A stretch of DNA of 28,067 nucleotides, taken from contig NZ_JAAHGX010000014.1 of the NCBI RefSeq assembly GCF_010672305.1, positions 90,698 to 118,764 on the forward strand. Direction: 5' to 3'. A program made the translations under genes and the position numbers. The notes below the pieces were generated by a model. The model was not told the origin of the DNA. It saw nothing but the letters and a program-made list of their open reading frames with translations, and did not search any database. This document shows, piece after piece, positions 17,088-24,611 of the stretch. Source of the stretch: Okeania sp. SIO2G5. Lineage in GTDB: Bacteria; Cyanobacteriota; Cyanobacteriia; Cyanobacteriales; Microcoleaceae. Numbering within the stretch: position 1 is the stretch's first letter; every line of letters starts with the position of its first letter.

Positions 17088-17967
17088 CGCCCTACTAACT
17101 CCTGACTTGCGCTACGCGCTATAGCTGACATCATTAGGTAATTTATCCTAAGTTCAATCAATACTATTACAGTTGCACCGACTGCCGATATTGAGTGTCT
17201 GGAATTTACATCTTACATTTATGTACTATTTGTCAATAGCTAGAATTACTTAGGCATTTATACTTGTTCAAAATTTGTTTTTTTGAAGTTATCTGACTCT
17301 GCTGAAAATTACCAGATTTGAGATGCAATTAACGTAAATACAAGGTTGTAGCTTTCTTGAAAAGGTCTTTTTTTTGATTTAAATATAACATTGGCATCAT
17401 ATCTTAATGTACAGAGTATGATACAAATCGCTGAAATAACGCAAGTTCGTGAAATATTTTGTAATAATTAGCGAAAAATGAGGCAATTTTGATTAATATA
17501 AATAATATTAAAAATAAATTTAATTAGTATAAATTATGTAAAAGGGTGACAATTTAGTTTTGTTTTTGAAATGAATTTTGCCCTCCCTTGGAGACAGTAG
17601 AACAGAAAGTAATGATAATTTTCTGATTACTTTGTCATACTCTAATTAGTTGGAGCGATCGCTACAGCAGAAGAATTCAAATTGTCAGAAATCAGAAGTG
17701 TGTTTGTGCAGCATTCGGACCGAAAGGCAGAAAGGAAAATTGCTTATGGATAGTCAATGACCGATCACCTTAATATCTTAATAACCCCAAACAATTTTCA
17801 GCACCCCCGTTGACTATGGGTGATTAAACCCGTAAAAGAAAAGATAATTTATGCAAATTATACAGTCATTCAATAATAGTAAATTAACTATTATCCACAT
17901 CCTCAAAAAGTGCATCTAAATCTTGATATCCACTCACCACTTTCTAATTCTTTCTTCTCCTAAATTT

Positions 17968-18430
17968 AGCAGGCTTAAATGGAGTTGCTTGCCTATACGC
18001 ATGACTTTTTATTCAATTAATTTTCCTTACTCAAAGGCGATGAACTATTCAGGATTTTTTTCCCAGAAGCAATACCACCAAGATTTTCATTCTCTGAAGC
18101 TCAAGAACTACTTACTTATTTCTTCTCTAATCAAATCTTTCCATCCATGGCAATTGAGTGAAAAATTACCAAGATTTTCATTCTCTGAAGCTCCGAAAAA
18201 AAATCGCGACTCAAAGGAATTTCCGGTTGCATCCTCACAAAAATTCTGATATCATCAGATTTAAATGGGGCTGTTCGTCTATGCGCATGACTTTTTATTC
18301 AACAAAATTCCCTTGCTTAGAGGCGATGAACTATTTAGGAATTTTTTCCCTGAAGCAATACCACCAAGATTTTCATTCTCTGAAGCTACCTGAAGAATAC
18401 TGATTTTTCCCTCATCAAATCTTTCCATCT
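17968..18430. repeat. tandem duplication of a ~285-bp composite non-coding repeat (modules A-B-C, then A-B)
   Basis: Module A (~135 bp: ttaaatgg-g-tg...cgcatgactttttattcaa...ggcgatgaactatt-agga...gaagcaataccaccaagattttcattctctgaagct) at 17968..18101 and 18253..18386. Module B (atcaaatctttccatc) at 18131..18146 and 18414..18430. Module C (gattgagtgaaaaattaccaagattttcattctctgaagctcc-gaaaaaaaatcgcgac) at 18154..18210, and again at 18622..18685 after an intervening inserted element. Confidence 0.7.
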
Positions 18431-18612
18431 ATTGGGACTTAAACAAAATAGAGCCAGAAAATAGGCTTAAATATAGACGGGCAAAGGCTTTTACGTCAAA
18501 AAGGTATAAATCCTGAATTACCAAAGGTTCTAGCCATTTTTAGGGAATCGACGTAATTCCCTTGTCTAGAGTGGCTTTGACGCATTTTTTCGACCAGAAA
18601 ATGTTTAAGTAC
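18430..18612 (-). mobile_element. MITE-like element family C (ggtcaaaaaatg...gggaattacgtcaatg...ggaaccctt...atacctttttgac family), reverse orientation, inserted between modules B and C of the second repeat copy
   Basis: Contains the reverse complements of the blocks at 23105..23295: cattttttcgaccagaaaatg, gggaatcgacgtaattccc, tttacgtcaaaaaggtataa. Confidence 0.55.
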
Positions 18613-18774
18613 CACTATGACGATTGAGTGGAAAATCACCAATTTTTTTTTCATTCTCGGAAGCTCCTCCAGAAAAAATCGCGACATCCCGTTAGCAGAG
18701 ATTATCCGTTAGGATAAACCCAACATTAGTAAGGTTTTGTTGGGTTGAACGGTAGTGAAACCCAACCTACTAAA

Positions 18775-18803
18775 CTCTGACTTTTGACTTTTGACTTGTC
18801 CTA
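18775..18803. repeat. heptanucleotide repeat (TTTGACT)x3
   Basis: Direct reading: ctgacttttgacttttgacttgtcc. It overlaps the TTG start proposed by the ORF track. Confidence 0.8.
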
Positions 18804-18804
18804 T

Positions 18805-19428
18805 ATGAGCAATCTTTCTTACAGTAAATTCACATTGGAAATAGCCAAGACAAATTTTGAATTAACCTTAGAAGAAAATCAAGATTTATTCGCCCAAATT
18901 AAACCAGTTAAACCTTCTGAAATTCTCACAACTATCTTACGAGAATATATTCCATTAGCAACAGCTATTAATACAGAAAAAGCTCGTTCTGAACTATTAA
19001 TTTCTCAAATTTTAGCTGATGTGAGACGGCAATTAAATTATCGAATTAGTCTTTTTTCAGGAACAGAATTTAACGTAGAAGCAGAATTAGGATTACAAGG
19101 ATATTGTGATTTTTTGCTCAGTTTTTCCTCCGAACAATATTTCATTACAGCTCCAGTGATTATCATTGTTGAAGCTAAAAATGAAAATATTATTCGTGGG
19201 TTAGGACAATGTGTTGCTAGTATGGTTGGAGCGCAATTATTTAATCAGCGAGCTGATAATCCAGTTAAGGTTATTTATGGCGCAGTTACAACTGGAACAA
19301 ATTGGAAGTTTTTAACACTTGAAGAAAAAATTGTGTGTATAGATGCAGTGGAATATTACGTCAAAGAAGTTGATAAAATTTTAGGAATTATTTTACAGCC
19401 ATTTCGAGAATATCGAGAAAATTCTTGA
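18805..19428 (+). CDS. hypothetical protein (207 aa from ATG 18805) with a PD-(D/E)xK-like / HsdR-N-like motif arrangement
   Basis: The intact ORF in the track starts at TTG 18784, but that codon lies inside a heptamer repeat, so ATG 18805 is more plausible. The spacing GYCDFLL ... IIIVEAKNE ... Q ... GAVTTGTNWKF resembles the D ... (D/E)xK ... Q ... NG..W.F layout of restriction-endonuclease-fold domains. No family recognised with certainty. Confidence 0.55.
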   Translation: MSNLSYSKFTLEIAKTNFELTLEENQDLFAQIKPVKPSEILTTILREYIPLATAINTEKARSELLISQILADVRRQLNYRISLFSGTEFNVEAELGLQGYCDFLLSFSSEQYFITAPVIIIVEAKNENIIRGLGQCVASMVGAQLFNQRADNPVKVIYGAVTTGTNWKFLTLEEKIVCIDAVEYYVKEVDKILGIILQPFREYRENS

Positions 19429-19579
19429 ATGCTTAATCCCTAGATTTTCTTAAATCCATCCCTACATCTATAAACCTAAATCCTTAAATAAATATAAAGT
19501 ATTTCAGTAATGAAAGCCTGGTGTAATTAAGATATTTAATCAAAAATTTTTAATTCTTATCACATTTAGGTTTAACCAC

Positions 19580-19586
19580 AGTAAAG
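19580..19586 (+). promoter_or_regulatory. Shine-Dalgarno-like aaggaag upstream of ATG 19599
   Basis: gtaaaggaagggctagaaATG. Confidence 0.35.
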
Positions 19587-19598
19587 GAAGGGCTAGAA

Positions 19599-20138
19599 AT
19601 GAAAATTATACAAAGTCGCATAGCAAAGGTTTTACTTGCAAGTATTATCGCTCTCTTAACAATTTTTACATCTGTTGTGAATCCTCAAGGTATCTCTGGT
19701 GTTCTATTTGCTCAGAAACCCAATGGAGAATTGTCATACTATAGCTATAGTGGTTTGCCAGACCGTAATAACTTTAACAACAATGGTAATGAAAGGGTAA
19801 TATCTAGCGGTTGGAATATTTACAGCAAGATTTTTTCAGGAGGTTCTGGTGTTCTATTTGCTCAGAAATCCAATGGAGAATTGTCATACTATAGCTATAG
19901 TGGTTTGCCAGACCGTAATAACTTTAACAACAATGGTAATGAAAGGGTAATATCTAGCGGTTGGAATATTTACAGCAAGATTTTTTCAGGAGGTTCTGGT
20001 GTTCTATTTGCTCAGAAACCTAATGGAGAATTATCATACTATAACTATAGTGGCTCGCCAGACCTTAATAACTTCAACAACAATGGTAATGAAAGGGTAA
20101 TATCTAGCGGTTGGAATATTTACAGCAAGATTTTCTAA
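19599..20138 (+). CDS. secreted protein (179 aa) made of a signal peptide plus three 50-aa tandem repeats
   Basis: N-terminus MKIIQSRIAKVLLASIIALLTIFTSVVNPQG (positive N-region, hydrophobic core). It is followed by 3 x GVLFAQKPNGELSYYSYSGLPDRNNFNNNGNERVISSGWNIYSKIFSGGS. Coding repeats 1 and 2 differ by a single nucleotide. Confidence 0.75.
   Translation: MKIIQSRIAKVLLASIIALLTIFTSVVNPQGISGVLFAQKPNGELSYYSYSGLPDRNNFNNNGNERVISSGWNIYSKIFSGGSGVLFAQKSNGELSYYSYSGLPDRNNFNNNGNERVISSGWNIYSKIFSGGSGVLFAQKPNGELSYYNYSGSPDLNNFNNNGNERVISSGWNIYSKIF
19695..20138 (+). repeat. 150-bp x 3 near-identical coding tandem repeat
   Basis: Unit starts at 19695, 19845, 19995. Copies 1 and 2 differ at one position (cagaaaCccaatgg vs cagaaaTccaatgg); copy 3 has about 8 differences. 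Confidence 0.9.
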
Positions 20139-20351
20139 GGAAGAATATCCTTTTTTTTCTGGGAATAGGAAATCACTCGCTAATACGCTCCATAGTAGTG
20201 GACTGTTTCATCTAAAGTAGAGAATATTTAGTAAGGTGCGTTTCGGCTAAGAACCGACATGAAACACTGCGTGACATGAAAATGAAATGTAATGCACCAC
20301 CTCTGCCAAATATTTTTATCCTAAATATTTCGGTGCGTTACGCTTCGCTAA

Positions 20352-22172
20352 CTACTGAACTCTAAAATTATTAATTACCTCAATTTTCCTATTTCCTTTT
20401 TCCTCTTTCCTTTTTCCTTCTTCCTTCTTCCCTCTTCCTTCTTCCTTCCTCACACAATTAGCATCCAAAACCAATAAACTATCATTCTCAAAAACAGTAC
20501 AAGTAGATATAGTTGTTGCCAAAGCAGGAATATATCCCAACTGCAAAAAAGTAACCGCATCCTGTGCAGGTTCATATTGCATTAACCAACTATTATCCTC
20601 AATATATTCTGGCGTAAAACTACCACGATGTAACATCCAAAAATCAATTCCATACTTTTGAATAAAATTTTTCACATCTGCTAAATCTGAACTATATTGA
20701 GCAACAATTAAATCTATAGTTCGTTGCCGAAATTGACTGTAATAACCAACTTGATAAGGAATAGCATATTCCCTACCCAACAAAATAGAACGTTGAGCAA
20801 ATGTAGGTAATAAATTTGCCTCTTCCTCCAAAGAAGCAATCAAAATATCTTGAGGTTGTGCTTGAAAAAAGCTATATAAATCTGTAGCTCTACCCACTTT
20901 ATATTTCACCAGAGGAAAGCCTTTAACAAAAGCAGGATATAACACCAGAGATGCCATAATTAAACTCGTTAAAATTAAAGAAATAATACCCTGAAATTTA
21001 ACAGGATATTTTTGTCTATTTTCTGCCCAATTAAACAAAGCATCAATAATTAAAGTCAGAGCGATCGCCGTTGCCAAAGCAATAATTATCCGGAAACTTA
21101 ATCCTGTATATCTACTCGGAAGATGCAACCGAAAAAGTAAGGCATGAGCAATGAAAAACATTGCCAAAGATGACAGTAATAGATGTACTAATAACCAAAT
21201 TCTATTAGTAATACTTCTGATTAAAGGAAAAGCAGATTTAAAAGTCAATAAAAACGGCAATAATAATCCTGCACATTGAGTAGCTGGAGTAAATAAAGAC
21301 TTAGGAAACATTCCACTACGTTTGCCAGTTAACCAAAAATCTTTTGGATGAACGTGAAAAAAAGTACTCCTCCCATTTGGATAAAACTCTCTTAATTTCA
21401 TCGCTGCTTCTCGACTAATAGCAGGTCCGAATTCTGAAGAAGTTAAAGCGTAGGGTAATAAAACAAAAAATGCCGTGCTTAAACCAACTCCACAAAATAG
21501 AAAAGTCCGTTTTTCTGATGATAACTGAAACCTCCCATTTTTCCAGTAAATTAGTTGGAAAATTAGAATGCCAGAAGCGATAAATACATATTGAGGATAA
21601 AATAATCCGACCAGAGCAATCGCTATTCCCATTCTGACCAATGAACCTTGGAGTAAATAATATAAAAAAGCCAGAAAAAATGGATAAACAAATGCTCTAG
21701 GTGTAGCAGAAGCAACATCATCTTTCATCCAAATAGCTTGATTCATTACCAAAGCAGCAATAAATCCTGCCATTGGTACTGGTAATATCTCTAAACAGAT
21801 TTGAAAAATATAGTAAGTACAAATTAAACCCAAAATAAAAGGGATAATTTTGGCAAAGATAAACGGGTTAATTCCTATAATTGCTGCACTTTTATAAAGT
21901 AAAGTATATCCTGCTGGAGCTACTGACTGAAAATAATTAGCAATTAAATCATTGGGGAATAAATCTGGATAAAAAAAACGCTGCATCCAAAAAATATGTT
22001 GTCTAGCATCATCTTGAATACTCAGACTACTAGCAAAAGCTTTTTTAAGTGTCATAAAAGCATAAATTGTAGCAAAAGTCATGCTAAGGCTAAACCAAAA
22101 TATCACCCCTTTACAAGATTTTTCATCTACGATAGGGGTAGTTAAAAATTTATGTATATTTGTCATTAACAT
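20352..22172 (-). CDS. polytopic integral membrane protein (606 aa), putative GT-C-fold glycosyltransferase, with low-complexity Lys/Glu/Gly C-terminal tail
   Basis: About 12 predicted hydrophobic helices in the first ~430 residues. Acidic DD motif (SIQDDARQH) in the first extracytoplasmic loop, as in GT-C enzymes (ArnT/PMT/OST-like). Soluble C-terminal domain. The last ~30 residues (RKEEGRGKKEEGKRKEEKGNRK) are encoded by the heptamer array at 20385..20452. Confidence 0.55.
   Translation of the reverse strand: MLMTNIHKFLTTPIVDEKSCKGVIFWFSLSMTFATIYAFMTLKKAFASSLSIQDDARQHIFWMQRFFYPDLFPNDLIANYFQSVAPAGYTLLYKSAAIIGINPFIFAKIIPFILGLICTYYIFQICLEILPVPMAGFIAALVMNQAIWMKDDVASATPRAFVYPFFLAFLYYLLQGSLVRMGIAIALVGLFYPQYVFIASGILIFQLIYWKNGRFQLSSEKRTFLFCGVGLSTAFFVLLPYALTSSEFGPAISREAAMKLREFYPNGRSTFFHVHPKDFWLTGKRSGMFPKSLFTPATQCAGLLLPFLLTFKSAFPLIRSITNRIWLLVHLLLSSLAMFFIAHALLFRLHLPSRYTGLSFRIIIALATAIALTLIIDALFNWAENRQKYPVKFQGIISLILTSLIMASLVLYPAFVKGFPLVKYKVGRATDLYSFFQAQPQDILIASLEEEANLLPTFAQRSILLGREYAIPYQVGYYSQFRQRTIDLIVAQYSSDLADVKNFIQKYGIDFWMLHRGSFTPEYIEDNSWLMQYEPAQDAVTFLQLGYIPALATTISTCTVFENDSLLVLDANCVRKEEGRGKKEEGKRKEEKGNRKIEVINNFRVQ
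20385..20452. repeat. heptanucleotide repeat (TTCCTTT/TTCCTTC)n lying inside the 3' end of the 20352..22172 ORF
   Basis: Direct reading: cctatttcctttttcctctttcctttttccttcttccttcttccctcttccttcttccttcc. Confidence 0.85.
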
Positions 22173-22332
22173 ATAATCAAGAATTGATTGAATAGGCAGA
22201 TTTTAACAGATATTTAAAATAATTTTTTATACTATTGGGACTTAAACATTTTATGATCAAAAAATGGCTGATAGTCAGTCTAGATAAGGGAATTACGTCA
22301 ATGCCATAAAAATTCCTAGAACCCTTGTTCAT

Positions 22333-22590
22333 TAATGGATAATTGATAATTACCTTTGGTTAAAACCGAGAGGATTGAATATCAGGAAATATTATTTTTT
22401 CTCTTGTTCGATTGGATATGGCGAGGAGACCCGTTCTTGCAGACTCGCTCCGCTGTTAGCGTTTGCGGTAGCATTCCGGAATGGAAAGCTTTGCGGTAGC
22501 AAACGCCATCCCACCCTACGGGAAGCTCCGCTAACGACCACTTTTTTTTCCTTTAAAATGGGAAGCTTTAAACCAGAATTATTTAATTAT
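22333..22590 (+). mobile_element. nested composite MITE-like insert (cattaatggataattgataatta...ggttaaaaccg module + ttggatatggcgagg...cccaccctacgggaagctccg module with an internal palindrome)
   Basis: Matches 14115..14215 and 3508..3565. Contains the hairpin-forming gcgtttgcggtagc-attccggaat-ggaaagcttt-gcggtagcaaacgc (attccggaat is a perfect palindrome). Ends with cctttaaaatgggaagctttaaacc. Confidence 0.55.
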
Positions 22591-22630
22591 TAATAATTAA
22601 TAATTAATTATTAATTATTAATTATTCGGT
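22591..22630. repeat. simple AT repeat (TTAATAA/TTAATTA)n
   Basis: Direct reading: ttaataattaataattaattattaattattaattatt. Confidence 0.85.
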
Positions 22631-23104
22631 AATTAAGGATTTATACCTTTTTGACATCAAAGCCTCTTTCTGTATATGCTTGAGACTATTTTACAACTCG
22701 ATTTTGTATAATTACCACTATAAAAATTATCATACTGGTAAGTTACAGTATTCTGGTTTTCAGAGAACATTATCCCGGAAATATTAGCTGAAATAAAAAT
22801 ACAAAAACCATACTTTAAACAGGTTAAAATGCTATATTAATACCGCATCAATTGCTTTATAAAGCTTTAAAAAAAACAGGCTTATCTGATTTTAATTGGT
22901 AAATTATAATGGTTGAATAGATTCAAAAAAAATTGATGTATTGAAATATATTATAAATTTTATTATGATTAATTTAAGATTTTTAAAAGCAAAAAAACAG
23001 TATAATTTAAATTTAAAAATAGAACTAAAAATGCAATCAATTTATTTTTTTGCAGTTCTAAATATGTAATAATATTATTCGCTAAATTCCTTGAATTATT
23101 AGTG

Positions 23105-23295
23105 GTACTTACACATTTTCTGGTCAAAAAATGCCTATTTGCGTAGCATTCCGCAGGAAGAGTCTGTCTGCATAAGGAAATTACGTCAATGTCCTAAAAA
23201 TGCCTGGAACCCTTGGTAGTCAAAGAATTATACCTTTTTGACGTGAAGCTCTCTATCTGTATATATTTGAGACTATTTTATCACTCTACGAGCGT
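23105..23295 (+). mobile_element. MITE-like element family C, uninterrupted copy
   Basis: ggtcaaaaaatgcc...ggaaattacgtcaatgtcctaaaaatgcctggaacccttgg...atacctttttgacgtgaagctctctatctgtatatatttgagactatttta. Confidence 0.55.
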
Positions 23296-23530
23296 GTAAG
23301 TCCCATGACGAAGATATACAAGAAAAATAATTACTTGTTTAGCACTATCTAATTTGTTGATGACAAAAATCTAGTAAAAAATATGTTGATTATAACTAAC
23401 GATAACTCCATTAAGTTATATGTAATTTTCTACACCATACTGTATGGCCAACGCCAGGTCTATCATCAAAATTTATTGTGATATCATCAGACTCATAACA
23501 TTTACTTAATAAGCAACTTTAAGACCTTTA

Positions 23531-23923
23531 ATGGAACCACCAATTGAAAGAATACGACTTTCTCAAACAGCTAAAGATCAGTTAACTAAGCTGAAACGTA
23601 ATACCAAAATAGACCAATGGAATATTCTTTGTCGTTGGGCATTTTGTTGCTCTTTAGCAGAATCAAGCATTCCCTCTCTAGTACCAACCCCTGCTGATAG
23701 TAATTTAGAATTAACATGGAGAATTTTCGGTGGAGAATTTTCTGACATCTTTTTATTAGCTCTAAAGCAACGTTGTTATAATGATCAAATAGGCATAGAA
23801 AGAGAAACTTTGGCCACTCAGTTTCGCCTACACTTGCATCGAGGTATTGGATATTTAGCTGGTAACCCAAATATCAAAAGGATAGAAGACTTAATTGCAA
23901 CTGTGATTCCTTCTCTCGACTAA
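23531..23923 (+). CDS. dndE: DndE-like protein (DNA phosphorothioation system component family), 130 aa, stand-alone
   Basis: Intact ORF. The pattern RIRLSQTAKDQLTKLKRNTKIDQWNILCRWAFCCSL ... TWRIFGGEFSDIF ... LATQFRLHLHRGIGYLAG matches my recollection of the DndE family consensus (RLS..AK.QL..LKR.TGI..WN.LCRWA.C.SL ... FGGE ... FRLHLHRGI.YLAG). No dndB/C/D homologues are present in the window. Confidence 0.5.
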   Translation: MEPPIERIRLSQTAKDQLTKLKRNTKIDQWNILCRWAFCCSLAESSIPSLVPTPADSNLELTWRIFGGEFSDIFLLALKQRCYNDQIGIERETLATQFRLHLHRGIGYLAGNPNIKRIEDLIATVIPSLD

Positions 23924-24141
23924 ATTTTAACTCTAAACATTTAATATTTAGATATCTCTTGTTATGTAGAGTAAATATAATTTATGTAACTAAATTGTTA
24001 CATCAAATTGTAAATAAATAATAGAAGAAGTTGAGTCAATACAAGTAATTAACTAAGTTAACTAAGTTAATATTATAGAAGCATTCTTATCCTAAAGTTG
24101 GAGGTACAACAGCTAGGTAGGTTAAATATTGGAACAATAAA

Positions 24142-24147
24142 AAGGAG
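24142..24147 (+). promoter_or_regulatory. Shine-Dalgarno aaggag, 7 nt before ATG 24155
   Basis: aaaaggagatatgcaATGattcat. Confidence 0.5.
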
Positions 24148-24154
24148 ATATGCA

Positions 24155-24583
24155 ATGATTCATGCTAACTCTAAAAAGAAATATCTAAATGTCATGGAAG
24201 ATATGGTAGCACAGGAAGTAAATCGCCAAATTACCTTATTACCTCAAAAGTTAGCGAAATATATTAAGCGAGTTGATGTAGAAACTTATGCGCTGAATCG
24301 TCTCCCACCCTTATATGCTTCTAGTCAGGAAGGCTGGAAGTTTCAAACAAAAAAAGCACAAGAAGATTATAGAAAGGAGATTGTGGTAGTAGTACGTCAT
24401 GCTTTTGCAGCAGTACAAAGAGACTTGTTGAAAAGCTCAACTCCTCTATTTACAGAGGAAACCAAAAAAGTATCCTCCTTAGTAACAAAAGCAGGAGGAT
24501 CTACGGCAGAAAATAAAGAAAGCAGTAAAAATTATAATTGGAATCATAGTCAGTACTATAACTTAGGGAGTTCTAGAAAATAA
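24155..24583 (+). CDS. comFB: ComFB-family protein (late competence development protein ComFB domain; in cyanobacteria a cyclic-dinucleotide receptor family)
   Basis: The ORF is open from 24098, but the RBS-supported start is 24155 (142 aa). Block YLNVMEDMVAQEVNRQITLLPQKLAKYIKRVDVETYALNRLPPLYASSQEGWKFQ matches the ComFB domain core (LN.LPPLY). Confidence 0.6.
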   Translation: MIHANSKKKYLNVMEDMVAQEVNRQITLLPQKLAKYIKRVDVETYALNRLPPLYASSQEGWKFQTKKAQEDYRKEIVVVVRHAFAAVQRDLLKSSTPLFTEETKKVSSLVTKAGGSTAENKESSKNYNWNHSQYYNLGSSRK

Positions 24584-24611
24584 GTAGGGTTTGCGTATGG
24601 AAAGTCTTTTG

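Larger units (their letters stand above)
22237..22715 (+). mobile_element. MITE-like element family C, copy split by a nested insertion
   Basis: 22237..22332 (actattgggacttaaaca...gggaattacgtcaatgccataaaaattcctagaacccttg) and 22626..22715 (ggatttatacctttttgacatcaaag...ctgtatatgcttgagactatttta) are contiguous in the uninterrupted copy at 23105..23295. Confidence 0.6.

Noticed and set aside
17923-18403. Track ORFs of 108 aa and 81 aa in the repeat nest, and a possible CRISPR array
   Set aside because: Both ORFs translate the same tandemly duplicated DNA in different frames (so they cannot both be coding) and are rich in Phe/Ser/Leu, typical of AT-rich repeats. Repeat spacing (about 97, 188, 284 bp) is irregular and the 'spacers' are themselves repeated, so this is not a CRISPR repeat-spacer array.
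18496-18687. Minus-strand 63-aa ORF
   Set aside because: It lies within the family-C MITE copy and module C repeat, with no coding signal.
19599-20138. Tachylectin-2-like propeller assignment for the repeat protein
   Set aside because: I first counted the repeat as 47 aa, which would match tachylectin-2. Recounting gives a 50-aa/150-bp period and I cannot recall a matching consensus, so the specific family call was dropped and only 'repeat-containing secreted protein' retained.
22375-22593. Plus-strand 72-aa ORF
   Set aside because: It lies entirely within the nested MITE-like insert, which is dominated by palindromes. A second copy of the element (3508..3565) does not preserve the frame.
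23586-23870. Minus-strand 94-aa ORF overlapping the DndE-like gene
   Set aside because: The plus-strand ORF has the family-like motifs. The minus-strand product shows no recognisable features and has no independent start context.
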